A DNA stretch of 64,000 bases from Candidatus Bathyarchaeia archaeon (GCA_038883795.1 JAVZLK010000004.1:32001-96000); one strand, 5' to 3'; shown: positions 19,993 to 30,291, counted from the first letter of the stretch. The notes: a model not told the origin generated them from the letters alone. Numbers and translations: made by a program.

Positions 19993-21105
19993 ATGTTTAA
20001 AATGGGCATACAACAAATTGAAGTTTTCCCTGTAACCCTACGCTATAAAGAACCCTTTAGGATTGCTCCAGAAGCCCACACAGAAAGCCACAATGTCATC
20101 GTAAAAATAGTTACTGATTACGGCGTAATAGGTTGGGGTGAGTCTTCACCATCAGAAAGGGTAACTGGCAAAACTTCAGAAACCGTCCTTAACGCTATTG
20201 ATAAAATTGCGCCGAAACTTATTGGAATGTGCCCCTTAAGGATTGAGCAAACAGTTGAAGTTATGGACTCGATTGTAAAGGATAATCCAGCCGCAAAAGC
20301 AGCCATAGACATAGCTTTACATGACATTTTAGGAAAAACAGCCCGCAAACCCCTTTTCATGCTGATGGGTGGATACCGCACAGAAGTGTTAACTGACATT
20401 ACTTTAGGAATTAAGTCTCCAAAGGAAATGGCTAAAGACGCCAGAAAAGCCGTTAAGAGAGGTTTTAAAGCCTTAAAAGTGAAGGTTGGCATAAACCCAA
20501 CAGAGGACGTTGAACGCTTAAGGCTTATCCGCGAGGCGGCTGGCGAAGAAGTTCAAATAAGAATTGATGCAAACCAAGGCTGGACACCAAAGCAAGCTAT
20601 AGAAGCCCTAAACAAAATGGAAAAATTCAACATCCAATTCGCCGAACAACCAGTCCCAGCAGAAAACATGAAAGGCCTAATAGAAGTAAAACGGAACTCG
20701 CCAATACCCATAATGGCGGATGAAAGCGTCCACTCTCCAGAAGATGCCATACGCCTAATACAAGCCGGAGCCGTAGACCTAATAAATATTAAGCTAATGA
20801 AAAGTGGAGGAATACTCAAAGGGAGAAAAATAGCTGAAATCGCCGAAGCCGCTGGCATACCGTGCATGATAGGATGCATGGGAGAATCCGAAATAGGCAT
20901 AGCTGCAGGAGCCCATTTGGCTGCCGCAGTAAAAAACATACAATACGCAGACTTAGACTCAGACATTCTTTTAAGAGATAAACTTGTCAAAAAGGGTGGA
21001 ACAAAAGTCAAAAATTCCATGCGAACATTTCCAAAACAAAATGGTTTAGGCATAAAAGAGTTGGACGAAAGCTTGTTAGGAAAGCCCAAAAAGATTTACA
21101 AATAA
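19993..21105 (+). CDS. L-Ala-D/L-Glu dipeptide epimerase (enolase superfamily)
   Basis: KVKVG, DANQG, EQP, DES, NIKLMK, GCMGES, DLD. Confidence 0.88.
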   Translation: MFKMGIQQIEVFPVTLRYKEPFRIAPEAHTESHNVIVKIVTDYGVIGWGESSPSERVTGKTSETVLNAIDKIAPKLIGMCPLRIEQTVEVMDSIVKDNPAAKAAIDIALHDILGKTARKPLFMLMGGYRTEVLTDITLGIKSPKEMAKDARKAVKRGFKALKVKVGINPTEDVERLRLIREAAGEEVQIRIDANQGWTPKQAIEALNKMEKFNIQFAEQPVPAENMKGLIEVKRNSPIPIMADESVHSPEDAIRLIQAGAVDLINIKLMKSGGILKGRKIAEIAEAAGIPCMIGCMGESEIGIAAGAHLAAAVKNIQYADLDSDILLRDKLVKKGGTKVKNSMRTFPKQNGLGIKELDESLLGKPKKIYK

Positions 21106-21141
21106 CTAATTTTTACTAAAATTAAAGGAGTAAATAACAAA

Positions 21142-22131
21142 TTGGTTTCTCTTAGGGCTTTAGCCCCTTCATTAACACGTATCACTATTGCTGCTGCAGT
21201 TGGAGCGGCATTACATATAGGACAAGGCAGCCCAGACTTGATAGATGCAAAGGCTGTGGAATTTTCAAGGGCTGTCCTCGCTCAAACAGACGTTGAAGGC
21301 GAAGTCATATCATGCGAAGGTCCAAAAGACAATGCCCCAGCTTTTATGAAAAGAGAAAGAGTTGGAACTCGAAAAGGTCCTAAAGTGGAGTTTGTCATAG
21401 ACCCTGTGGACGGAAGCACAGCCGCATCGAAAGGCAGAAAAGACGCCATCTCTGCCCTTGCTTGTGCACCCGCTGGCTGCTTTCAAGTTCTTCCAGACGA
21501 CGGATACTATTTCAAAGTGGCAACCGATTATCGCTCTATTGGCAAAATCTCCCTTGACATGTCCATCGAAGAGATAGTGCGCACAGTCGCCAACGAAAAG
21601 AGTTTGCCCCTTGAAAACTTCACAGTTATAATGTTGGAACGAGAAAGACATTTGGAAATTCTTAAAACTCTTAGAAAATTGGGTGTGAGAATAATTTTGA
21701 TTCCAGACGGGGACATAGCAGCAGCCGTGGCCACATGCATCCCAAGCTCAGGCGTCGACCTCCTATTAGGTGCGGGTGCTGGACCAGAAGCAACCATAGC
21801 AGCAACAGCCGTAAAATGCCTAGGCGGAACGATGCTCGTAAAAGTTTGGCAAGACAAAAGAGACGACCCAAAAAGGCTGGAAAGACTAGAAAAGGAAGGC
21901 GTTGACGCAGAAAAAGTTTACAATCAAGATGAGTTGGCAAAGGGCAACGAACTGGTTTTTGCCGCCTCAGGCGTAACAAAAGGCGAACTTTTAGACGGCG
22001 TCCGCTTCATCCCAAACGGAGCCATAGTGAACTCCATCTGCATGAGACTACCAAGCGGAACGGTGGAAAAATCAGAAACAACATTGCGATTTAAAGCCCA
22101 CCCCATATACAAACACTTCATAATAAAATAA
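21142..22131 (+). CDS. glpX: Class II fructose-1,6-bisphosphatase family protein (GlpX-like, divergent)
   Basis: DPVDGST, LERERH, LIPDGDI, GPEA, FAASGVTKGELLDGV. Confidence 0.8.
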   Translation: MVSLRALAPSLTRITIAAAVGAALHIGQGSPDLIDAKAVEFSRAVLAQTDVEGEVISCEGPKDNAPAFMKRERVGTRKGPKVEFVIDPVDGSTAASKGRKDAISALACAPAGCFQVLPDDGYYFKVATDYRSIGKISLDMSIEEIVRTVANEKSLPLENFTVIMLERERHLEILKTLRKLGVRIILIPDGDIAAAVATCIPSSGVDLLLGAGAGPEATIAATAVKCLGGTMLVKVWQDKRDDPKRLERLEKEGVDAEKVYNQDELAKGNELVFAASGVTKGELLDGVRFIPNGAIVNSICMRLPSGTVEKSETTLRFKAHPIYKHFIIK

Positions 22132-22207
22132 CTGTCAAAAGCATGTGCATACAAAACTACGAGATTAATTTTGTATTTTAACCAAAAAGGGAGAATAGTT
22201 ATAATAA

Positions 22208-22490
22208 TTATGGTTGACGCCTGTGATTTTTCTTTGTTAACATTGCAAGTAAAATTATAATGACTTGTATAAACGACATCATAGCGGGGGTGAATTCGGG
22301 AATAATTATATTACTGAATAAATATGCAATGTAAGTTGGGTCATGTTGAATCTCTAACCCATCCCAAACAGGATAACAGATTCTGTAAAGTAATGCTGAA
22401 GCGTTGCAGTCTAACTCAGTTTTCCGCCAATGTCACCCATGGAGGGAAACAAGGCGCTAATGTTTAAGTTATTCTCACCAGAAGAGCCAG
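22208..22490 (-). pseudogene. 3' remnant of a PEF-sorted surface protein gene
   Basis: Minus-strand frame reads ..ELDCNASALLYRICYPVWDGLEIQHDPTYIAYLFSNIIIPEFTPAMMSFIQVIIILLAMLTKKNHRRQP*; an upstream stop/frameshift lies near 22430 and no long ORF precedes it. Confidence 0.65.
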
Positions 22491-22568
22491 CGCGCAATAG
22501 GATTAAAATTTATCTTAAAAAGGTATAAGCTAAACTTCCAGCATCCTATACTTATACAAAAATTTAAG

Positions 22569-22643
22569 TGGGCCGGACCGGATTTGAACCGGTGACCTTC
22601 CGCACGTCAAGCGGATGTCCTAACCGAGCTAGACTACCGGCCC
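22569..22643 (-). tRNA. tRNA-Val(GAC)
   Basis: Reverse complement GGGCCGG...TCCGC-TT-GAC-GT-GCGGA...GGTTCAAATCCGGT-CCGGCCC-A. Confidence 0.96.
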
Positions 22644-22755
22644 GCTGGCTTTTGCATTCTTATTTGATAATTTTTCTTTTAAAATAGGTTTTCGGTTTTA
22701 TAGCGAATAAGTAAACATTTTAAGATGGAGCGGATTAGATGAGCATGCCTATTAA

Positions 22756-22843
22756 GCCGGGATGGCGGAGTGGATAACGCGCAGGCCTTGAGAGCCTGTG
22801 GCCCTTTGGGGCCGCGTGGGTTCGAGTCCCACTCCCGGCGCCA
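22756..22843 (+). tRNA. tRNA-Ser(TGA), CCA encoded
   Basis: Acceptor GCCGGGA/TCCCGGC-G-CCA, CAGGC-CT-TGA-GA-GCCTG, long variable arm, GGTTCGAGTCCC. Confidence 0.96.
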
Positions 22844-22854
22844 AAATATTTGAA

Positions 22855-25103
22855 TTATGTTTGAAATATTGAAGTTGGGCTTTGTTTTCTGTGCTTTTGC
22901 TTTGCGAAAACTATGGTTATTATAGAGAGAACTGGAAACAGTGTTAAGATAATGGCTTTTGGAAACTCGGAGACTATGGTTACTTGGTGGTTTGAATGAG
23001 TATAGTTTATGTATATATATGCGTGTGCCGTGTCTGTCCAGTTTCTGAAGGGCCATGGTTCACCGTTTAAGAGGACTGTGTAGTTGCTTTGCCAAAATTC
23101 TTGGATGATGATGTTTGGAATGATTATTCTGCAGAAGCCATTTGTGGGTTGCAAGCCGCTGACGTTGAAGCTTATTATTTTTTGGTCAGCGTCTATCTGA
23201 AAGTTTGAGAGTGTTGAGTTGCTTATGATGTCAATGGTGTATGGTATTTGGTTCCATGTTCCAGCCTCAAAAACGTTTATTGGTCCCATTAGGGGGTATC
23301 TATCTGTATTGTTCTCGTTGATGCCATAAGGAGAGTCGCTTATCCCGTCGCTTCCAATTTCATCTTGATTGAGCCCACTTTTTTCATCAACGCCTGTGTG
23401 GTCGCTCCAGTAGTTTCCGCCAGAAGGATAGCCGTTATCCCAAGTGTTTGGAGCACCATCGCTGCTGACTTGTTGAGTATTGTTTAGGAAATTGTTATGG
23501 TATATGATGTTGTTTTCCGATTCTTCCAAGCGTATGCCTTCAGTGTTGTTTGCTATGGTGTTTTCATATATGATGTTGTCGTTTGTTTCAGAATATGCAT
23601 AAATTCCATATTCATTGCTTGTTATGTTATTTTGATATACAATGTTTTTTGAGGCGTTGGAAAATTCGATTCCGTATTCGCCGTTTGCCAGGTTGTTTGC
23701 GTATATGAGGTTTTCGGATGAGTCGCTAATGACAATGCAAGTGTAGGATACTGAAATTTTATTTTGGCTGATGATTGCGCTTGAATAATATAGGTCAATT
23801 CCGCAGTCACCGCCTCTAATTTCATTTTTAAATATCGTGCAGTTTGAAGAGTAACCCAGTTCTATGCCAATATTTCCATTTTCTTCTAGTGTATTTTCGC
23901 TGATTGTGTTGTTTAGGGAACTTTTAAGGTAAATGCCACCATGATTTCTTTGAAAACTGTTTTGGGTTATCGTGTTATTTGATAATTTGAGGAGTCGTAT
24001 TCCAACATCGTTGCTTGTTAAATTGTTATTTTGAATTTTCGAATTATTTGTATAAGCTATTAAGATTCCTTCTCTGCTTTTTGTTAGATTTTGCCCTTCA
24101 ATTGTGATGTCTGTTGAGTTTATTAGGGCAAGATAACCAATTTTGGGATGTGTTGAAGCGTTAATGGTTAGGTTTTTTGGTTAATTAAGTAGTAGACTGG
24201 TTTGCCGTCCACAAGATTTGATGTATCAATAGAATGTAGATAATAATCCAGCTCTTCTCCTCCCACACTTAATCCATAACCATTATCATTCAGCAAATTA
24301 TCAGACAAGAAAATGTTTCTGCATTCATAGAGGCTTATTCCATCCGATTCTTGGGCTGTCACATTGTTTTGGTAAATCTTCGTATTATTGCAATTAGAAA
24401 GCTCTATCCCCCTAAAACTCTCAGTTATGTTGTTTCCATAAATTTGGTTATCCGCTGATATATAAAAGGCGATGCAAGCACCAGTTTTTGAAAACGTGTT
24501 TTCGGAAATGGTAGCATTATATGAATAAACAAGATTCATACCACGATTAAGATTGCTCGTAATATTATTTCCAGAAATTGTGTCATTGAAAGAATACCTG
24601 AAACTGAGACCTACACTGCTTTCTGCTATTTGGTTTCCAGAAATTATGGTTTTAGAAGTATTATAGCCTAAAAGACCATAGTCATAGTTATCGAGAATGC
24701 TGTTTTCAAAAATTTTTATGTCGGATGTTGAGCTTAGATTAATGCCAACCCAGAAATCCTTCACGATTACGTTTGCAATTGTAACATTGCTTAAATTTTG
24801 TAAAGAAATTCCAACGGACAAATAGAGTTTTTTGCCTTGGACTGCGAAACCATTTCCGTCAATGATTATGTTGCTTCTTTCCACAACTATCGGGTAATAA
24901 TTCGTGCCATTAAACGTGTAAGTGGTATTATCATATGTGGTAACGTTTGCCTCTGGGGGTTCAATTGCACCATTGGCCCTAATATAAATTGTTCCATTTG
25001 TCGCCTCGGTTGGTTGAATATCGTTTACAATCCTCAACATGCTGACAAATAGCAGCGCCAACATTATCCAAACAATTGCACTACTTTTCAACACATATTC
25101 CAC
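22855..25103 (-). pseudogene. Right-handed beta-helix (NosD/CASH-repeat) surface protein with PEF-like C-terminus, split by a single frameshift
   Basis: ORF 24168-25103 stops just after an A6 run (24173-24178). The -1 frame is open from 24171 to 22855 with the same repeats, NTWDNGYPSGGNYWSD and a VSEFP-TM-basic tail. One extra A gives about 749 aa. Confidence 0.85.
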
Positions 25104-25124
25104 CTTTTCCCTCTTATGATTTTA

Positions 25125-25199
25125 AGCCTTCAGAATCCGACTAACCAGCCCGTCGCACCTACATAGGAGCGCAAAGCCAATAAGCCAGAAACGAAGGCT
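25125..25199 (-). other. Long imperfect G-U-rich hairpin upstream of the beta-helix gene
   Basis: AGCCTTC/GAAGGCT, TCTGGCT/AGTCGGA, ATTGGCTT/GGGCTGGT, CGC/GCG and CCT/AGG stacked stems on the minus strand. Confidence 0.55.
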
Positions 25200-25289
25200 A
25201 TATGCCTCAAGAATTCTTCTTAGACGCTTTTAAAATTTATGGATAAAAATTCATGGCATCTATTTCAATAAAAAGGGTTGGTTAGGTGG

Positions 25290-27368
25290 TTATAGGCCTA
25301 AAAGTTTTAGGAGGTTGTAGTTTGCGATTAGCACGGCGAATAGTGAAGCTACTAGGGACATGACTGTTATCATCGTGTTTAGGGATGGTCCTGCTGTGTC
25401 TTTGAATGGGTCGCCTACTGTGTCGCCTACTACTGCTGCTTTGTGGGCTTCTGAGCCTTTTCCGCCGTGTTCTCCTGATTCTATTAGTTTTTTGGCGTTG
25501 TCCCATAGGCCGCCCGCATTAGCCATCAGCAAAGCGAAGAGTAAGCCGCTGAATATCGTTCCAGCCAGGTATCCGCCTAGGGCTTCTATGCCGCCCACAA
25601 AGCCAACAATTAGTGTTACGCTTATGGCTACGAGGCTTGCTGGCATAAGCTCTTTTATGGCGCCCACCGTAGCAATGTCAACGCATCTGGCATAGTCGGG
25701 TTTTACGCCTTCTTTGCCTTCTCTTAACCCTGGAATCTCGTTAAACTGTCGTCTAATTTCTTCAATCATTCGGAAGGCATTTCTGCCCACGCCAAGCATA
25801 ACCATAGCTGAGAATACTGCTGGCATGGCTATGCCTATCAATGCACCTAACAAAACCAGCGGGTTCATGAGGTTGAATGATGGGTTTACACCAGCGCTTT
25901 GGGCTCTTTCTTGGAATGCAGCTAAAAGCGCAATGACGGTAAGTCCTGCTGCGCCTATGGCGAAGCCTTTTGTTATGGCTTTGGCTGTGTTGCCCGCAGC
26001 ATCCATTTCGTCTGTTACTCGTATGACTTCTTCGCTGAGTCCGCCTTGCATGGCTATACCCCTTGAATTGTCAACTATTGGACCGTAAGCGTCATTTGAT
26101 ACTATAAGCCCGACTATTGAAAGCATTCCAACCGCTGCCATTCCAATGCCGTATAGGGCGTATTTGTCGCCTAGGGGTGCGCAAAGGAAATAGGCGATGG
26201 CTGAGGCTACGCCTATTCCGATTAGCGGTGGGAAGACGCTGTGTAAGCCATAAGAGAATCCAGTTATGATGTTTGTGGCGGTTCCTGTTAAGGATGCCTC
26301 AGCTGTTTTCTTGACTGGTGGTTTATCTTCTGACGTGAAATAGTCTGAGGTTGTGCCGATTATTATTCCAGCTATTAAGCCGACAACTGTTGCGCCCCAA
26401 ATTCTCAAATCATAATCCAAATAGTAAGATGCCAAAAAGGTTAAAACCGCAAAGATTATGCATGTGATATATGTGCCCATGTTAAGGGCTCTTCCAGGAT
26501 TGCCATGTTTGCCAACCCTAACTAATAGTGCGCCCAAAACTGCTGCTATAATGCCTAAACCAGCAAAAACCAATGGAATCTGCGTGAATTTTCCAGCCGA
26601 ACCAGCAATTATGTCGATGGCTTCTCCTAGAATCATTACTGCGACTATGCTTGCCACGTAAGAGTCGAAGAGGTCTGCGCCCATTCCAGCCACATCGCCC
26701 ACGTTGTCGCCTACGTTGTCGGCTATTACTGCTGGGTTTCGTGGGTCGTCTTCTGGAATGCCCAACTCCACTTTTCCGACCAAGTCTGCGCTTATGTCAG
26801 CGGTTTTTGTGTATATGCCTCCCCCAGCCTTGGCAAAAAGAGCCAATGAGCTTGCGCCGAAGCTGTAGCCCAAAACTATTTCTGGATTACCAGTGACAGC
26901 GTAAACTATGCTTATTCCAAGTAAACCTGCACCCACAACGGCCAAGCCCATTACTGCTCCGCCTCGGAAGCCTATTGGAAAAGCTTTATTCAATCCTTCC
27001 CTCGCTGCGCTAGCTGCTTTTGTGTTAGCCTTTGTTGCAATGCGCAAACCTAAAACGCCAGCAAGGGCTGAACAGAAAGAACCGAATATGTATGCTAATG
27101 TTAGTTCAACATTTTCTATTGGTTTTTGAGTTTGCCATATGGGTTCTGGCAGAAAAATGCACAATAAAACGGCTACTACGGCTACGAATATTGCTAATAC
27201 GGTATATTCTCTTCTTATAAAAGCGTTGGCTCCCTCCTCTATTGCAGCGGCAATTTCTTGCATCCGTTTTGTGCCGCTGTCCTGTCTTTTCACATAGTAA
27301 TAGAAGTATGCGCCAACCATAATGGATATCAAAGCTGAAATTGGAGCTATTATCCATGGCTCAAACAT
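25290..27368 (-). CDS. hppA: Membrane-integral pyrophosphatase, probably K+-independent H+-translocating
   Basis: GGIYTKTADISADLVGKVE, DNVGDNVGD, GDTVGDPFKDTAGP; GNTAK signature has Lys. Confidence 0.95.
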   Translation of the reverse strand: MFEPWIIAPISALISIMVGAYFYYYVKRQDSGTKRMQEIAAAIEEGANAFIRREYTVLAIFVAVVAVLLCIFLPEPIWQTQKPIENVELTLAYIFGSFCSALAGVLGLRIATKANTKAASAAREGLNKAFPIGFRGGAVMGLAVVGAGLLGISIVYAVTGNPEIVLGYSFGASSLALFAKAGGGIYTKTADISADLVGKVELGIPEDDPRNPAVIADNVGDNVGDVAGMGADLFDSYVASIVAVMILGEAIDIIAGSAGKFTQIPLVFAGLGIIAAVLGALLVRVGKHGNPGRALNMGTYITCIIFAVLTFLASYYLDYDLRIWGATVVGLIAGIIIGTTSDYFTSEDKPPVKKTAEASLTGTATNIITGFSYGLHSVFPPLIGIGVASAIAYFLCAPLGDKYALYGIGMAAVGMLSIVGLIVSNDAYGPIVDNSRGIAMQGGLSEEVIRVTDEMDAAGNTAKAITKGFAIGAAGLTVIALLAAFQERAQSAGVNPSFNLMNPLVLLGALIGIAMPAVFSAMVMLGVGRNAFRMIEEIRRQFNEIPGLREGKEGVKPDYARCVDIATVGAIKELMPASLVAISVTLIVGFVGGIEALGGYLAGTIFSGLLFALLMANAGGLWDNAKKLIESGEHGGKGSEAHKAAVVGDTVGDPFKDTAGPSLNTMITVMSLVASLFAVLIANYNLLKLLGL

Positions 27369-27525
27369 CCTTTCACCTCAACGGAATCTTTCTATTTATT
27401 TTAAATACCTTTAGAGTGAAGTACAAAATTGCTTATAAACTTATTTCCCAAACATGTGTCCTTTTTAGAAAAGATTATATCTAATGATTTTTAACACAAT
27501 AGAAGGTCTATTGGATAAAAGAAGG

Positions 27526-30291
27526 ATGGTGATTAAAACGTCAAAGCCATGGCATGCGATGGAAATTGAAGAAACTTTAAAGGCTTTGAACACTTCGGAG
27601 AATGGCTTAACCCAAGAGGAAGTGCAAAAGCGCCTACAAGAATATGGACCTAATGAGCTTAAGAAGGAGAAGGGAATATCGCCAATAAGGCTTTTCATAG
27701 AACAGTTTACAGACATACTTATCATAATATTGCTAATTGCCACAGGGCTCTCCATATACTTAGGCGAAATTACCGATGCCATCGTCATAATCGCCATCGT
27801 CCTAGCCTGCGCAATTCTGGGTTTTGTAGAAGAATACCGTTCGGAAAAAGCTTTAGAAGCATTAAAGAAGATGACGGCGCCGACAGCCATGGTTTTAAGG
27901 GATGGAAAAGAGGTTAAGGTTCAAGCAAGCGAAATCGTTCCAGGCGACATAATCCTATTATATACAGGCGACAAGGTTCCGGCTGACGCCAGACTTATTG
28001 AGGCAATCAACCTAAAAATGGATGAAGCACCATTAACCGGAGAGTCCACACCCGTAAACAAGAGTGTGGATCCCTTACCTGAAGAAACTGGGCTTCCTGA
28101 AAGGCGAAATTTTGTTTTTACTGGAACGGCTGTTGTTTATGGGCGTGGGAAAGCTGTTGTTACTTCAACTGGAATGAACACTGAGTTTGGAAAAATAGCT
28201 AAAATGGTTCAAGTAACAGAAGAGGAGGAGACTCCTCTTGAAAAGCGTATGGCTTCTGTTGGGAAATGGATTGGAATTTTATGCATAGCCGTTTGCCTAA
28301 CGGTAGCAGGCATAGGTATAGCGGAAGGACGCAATCCTCTTGACATGATTTTGTGGGGTGTAAGCCTTGCTGTTGCTGCAGTTCCAGAAGCATTACCCGC
28401 CATAGTAACAGGCGCCCTCGCTGTTGGCATGTACCGCATGGCTAAGGTAAACACAATCGTCAGGAGACTTCCAGCTGTTGAAACATTGGGATGTACAAGC
28501 GTCATCTGCGCCGACAAAACTGGAACAATGACCAAAGGCGAAATGACTGTTCAAAGGATATACGTAAATGACCAAACAATCAAAGTTTCAGGAGTAGGCT
28601 ACGAACCACAAGGCGAATTCATATTCGAAGACAAAAAATTGGATCCAGCACAAGAAGAGGAACTTGTGGCGCTTTTAAAGATTTCAGCGTTGTGCAATGA
28701 TGCAAAGTTGGAAAAGGAAAAAGAAAGTGGGAGATGGATAATTAAAGGCGATCCCACAGAGGGAGCTTTGGTTGTTGCTGCAGCCAAGGCTGGATTATGG
28801 AAAGAAGAATTGGAAAAAGAAACTCCAAGGATAGGTGAGGTTCCGTTTTCTTCTGAAAGAAAACGCATGACCACCGTTCACTTTACATCTAAAAAGAAAA
28901 TGGCTTTCATGAAAGGAGCACCTGAAATAGTTTTGGAAAAATGCACAAGGATTCTTTCAAAGGGAAAAGTGCGCAAAATAACAGAAGAGGACAAAGAAAA
29001 AATACTGAAAGTAAACGAAGCTATGGCAATGCAAGCATTGAGAAATTTGGGCTTCGCCTACAAGGAATTGCCAGAATCTGCAACAAGTTTTGATGAGAAA
29101 ATTGAGAATGATATGACTTTTGTTGGAATAATGGGGATGATTGACCCTCCAAGGGAAGAAGTGAAGGATGCAATTTCGCTTTGCAGAAACGCCGGAATCA
29201 AGGTTGTTATGGTAACTGGTGACCACAAACTTACTGCGGTTGCTGTGGCAAAAGAACTCAACTTAATAGGCGAAAATGAATCGTCGAGTCAAGTGCTTAC
29301 TGGTCAAGAGTTGGACAAAATAAGTGATGAACAGCTAACCCAAATGGTTGAAAACGTTGTGATTTATGCTCGTGTTTCGCCTGAACATAAAATGAGGATT
29401 GTTAAGGCTTGGAAAGCGAAAGGATATGTTGTTGCAATGACTGGTGACGGCGTAAACGATGCACCAGCCCTAAAATTGTCAGACATAGGTGTCGCCATGG
29501 GAATCACGGGTACAGAAGTAACGAAAGAAGCTTCAGACATGGTTTTAACAGATGACAATTTTGCATCAATTGTTAAGGCTGTCAAAGAAGGACGCGAAAT
29601 CTATGATAACATAAAGAAATACTTAACCTATTTGCTCCGATGCAACGTTATGGAAATCCTCGTAATGTTCATAGTAATGGTAAGCGTTCCGTACTTGGCA
29701 GGTTCAGCCTATCAAGTAGGCGAAGATCCGAAACTTTCTCCAACAGTTGCCTTGACCGCAATACAGCTTTTATGGGTTAATTTGACAACGGATGGTTTAC
29801 CAGCCTTAGCCTTGGGGATAGATCCAGGCGATCCAGATTTGATGGAAAGGAAACCTAGAGATCCAAATGAGAGCGTTTTCACACGCGACGTTAAACTATA
29901 TCTGACATTAGTGCCCATTCTAATGACTGTGCTGCTTCTATACGGCTATTTTATGCATCAACCGTGGTTAGGCGAATACAACTTGCTTGAGGCTAGGACG
30001 CAGTTGCTTACGGCCATGATCTTAATGGAGTTGGCAAATGCCATATCCGCCCGTTCACTAAAATATACCGTATTCAAAGTAGGTGTCTTCAAAAACAAGT
30101 TCCTTTGGGTTGCAATTCTCTCATCTTTAGGACTTCAACTAATGGTTCTTTACACACCAGTTCTTCAAGACTTGTTTGATGTGCACGCTCCAGAACCCAT
30201 AGACTGGGCAATCGCAATATTATTTACAGCAATAGTCTTCGGCTCGTTAGAAATAGGAAAGTATGTTGCAAGTAAGAAACGGAAGGCGTAA
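27526..30291 (+). CDS. P2A-type (SERCA-like) cation-transporting P-type ATPase, probably Ca2+
   Basis: TGES, AVPEAL, DKTGT, KGAPE, DPPR, TGD, GDGVND, WVNLTTDG; start set at ATG 27526. Confidence 0.93.
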   Translation: MVIKTSKPWHAMEIEETLKALNTSENGLTQEEVQKRLQEYGPNELKKEKGISPIRLFIEQFTDILIIILLIATGLSIYLGEITDAIVIIAIVLACAILGFVEEYRSEKALEALKKMTAPTAMVLRDGKEVKVQASEIVPGDIILLYTGDKVPADARLIEAINLKMDEAPLTGESTPVNKSVDPLPEETGLPERRNFVFTGTAVVYGRGKAVVTSTGMNTEFGKIAKMVQVTEEEETPLEKRMASVGKWIGILCIAVCLTVAGIGIAEGRNPLDMILWGVSLAVAAVPEALPAIVTGALAVGMYRMAKVNTIVRRLPAVETLGCTSVICADKTGTMTKGEMTVQRIYVNDQTIKVSGVGYEPQGEFIFEDKKLDPAQEEELVALLKISALCNDAKLEKEKESGRWIIKGDPTEGALVVAAAKAGLWKEELEKETPRIGEVPFSSERKRMTTVHFTSKKKMAFMKGAPEIVLEKCTRILSKGKVRKITEEDKEKILKVNEAMAMQALRNLGFAYKELPESATSFDEKIENDMTFVGIMGMIDPPREEVKDAISLCRNAGIKVVMVTGDHKLTAVAVAKELNLIGENESSSQVLTGQELDKISDEQLTQMVENVVIYARVSPEHKMRIVKAWKAKGYVVAMTGDGVNDAPALKLSDIGVAMGITGTEVTKEASDMVLTDDNFASIVKAVKEGREIYDNIKKYLTYLLRCNVMEILVMFIVMVSVPYLAGSAYQVGEDPKLSPTVALTAIQLLWVNLTTDGLPALALGIDPGDPDLMERKPRDPNESVFTRDVKLYLTLVPILMTVLLLYGYFMHQPWLGEYNLLEARTQLLTAMILMELANAISARSLKYTVFKVGVFKNKFLWVAILSSLGLQLMVLYTPVLQDLFDVHAPEPIDWAIAILFTAIVFGSLEIGKYVASKKRKA

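Noticed and set aside
22756-22843. Possible tRNA-Sec because of TGA in the loop and the long variable arm
   Set aside because: Anticodon TGA reads UCA (Ser); tRNA-Sec would have anticodon TCA and an extended acceptor stem.
22679-23056. 125-aa ORF containing WRREWDSNPRGP
   Set aside because: This is the antisense translation of tRNA-Ser, a known artefact.
24168-24180. Programmed -1 ribosomal frameshift in the beta-helix gene
   Set aside because: The A-run is not phased as X XXY YYZ in the zero frame and I saw no obvious downstream stimulatory structure; an indel is simpler.
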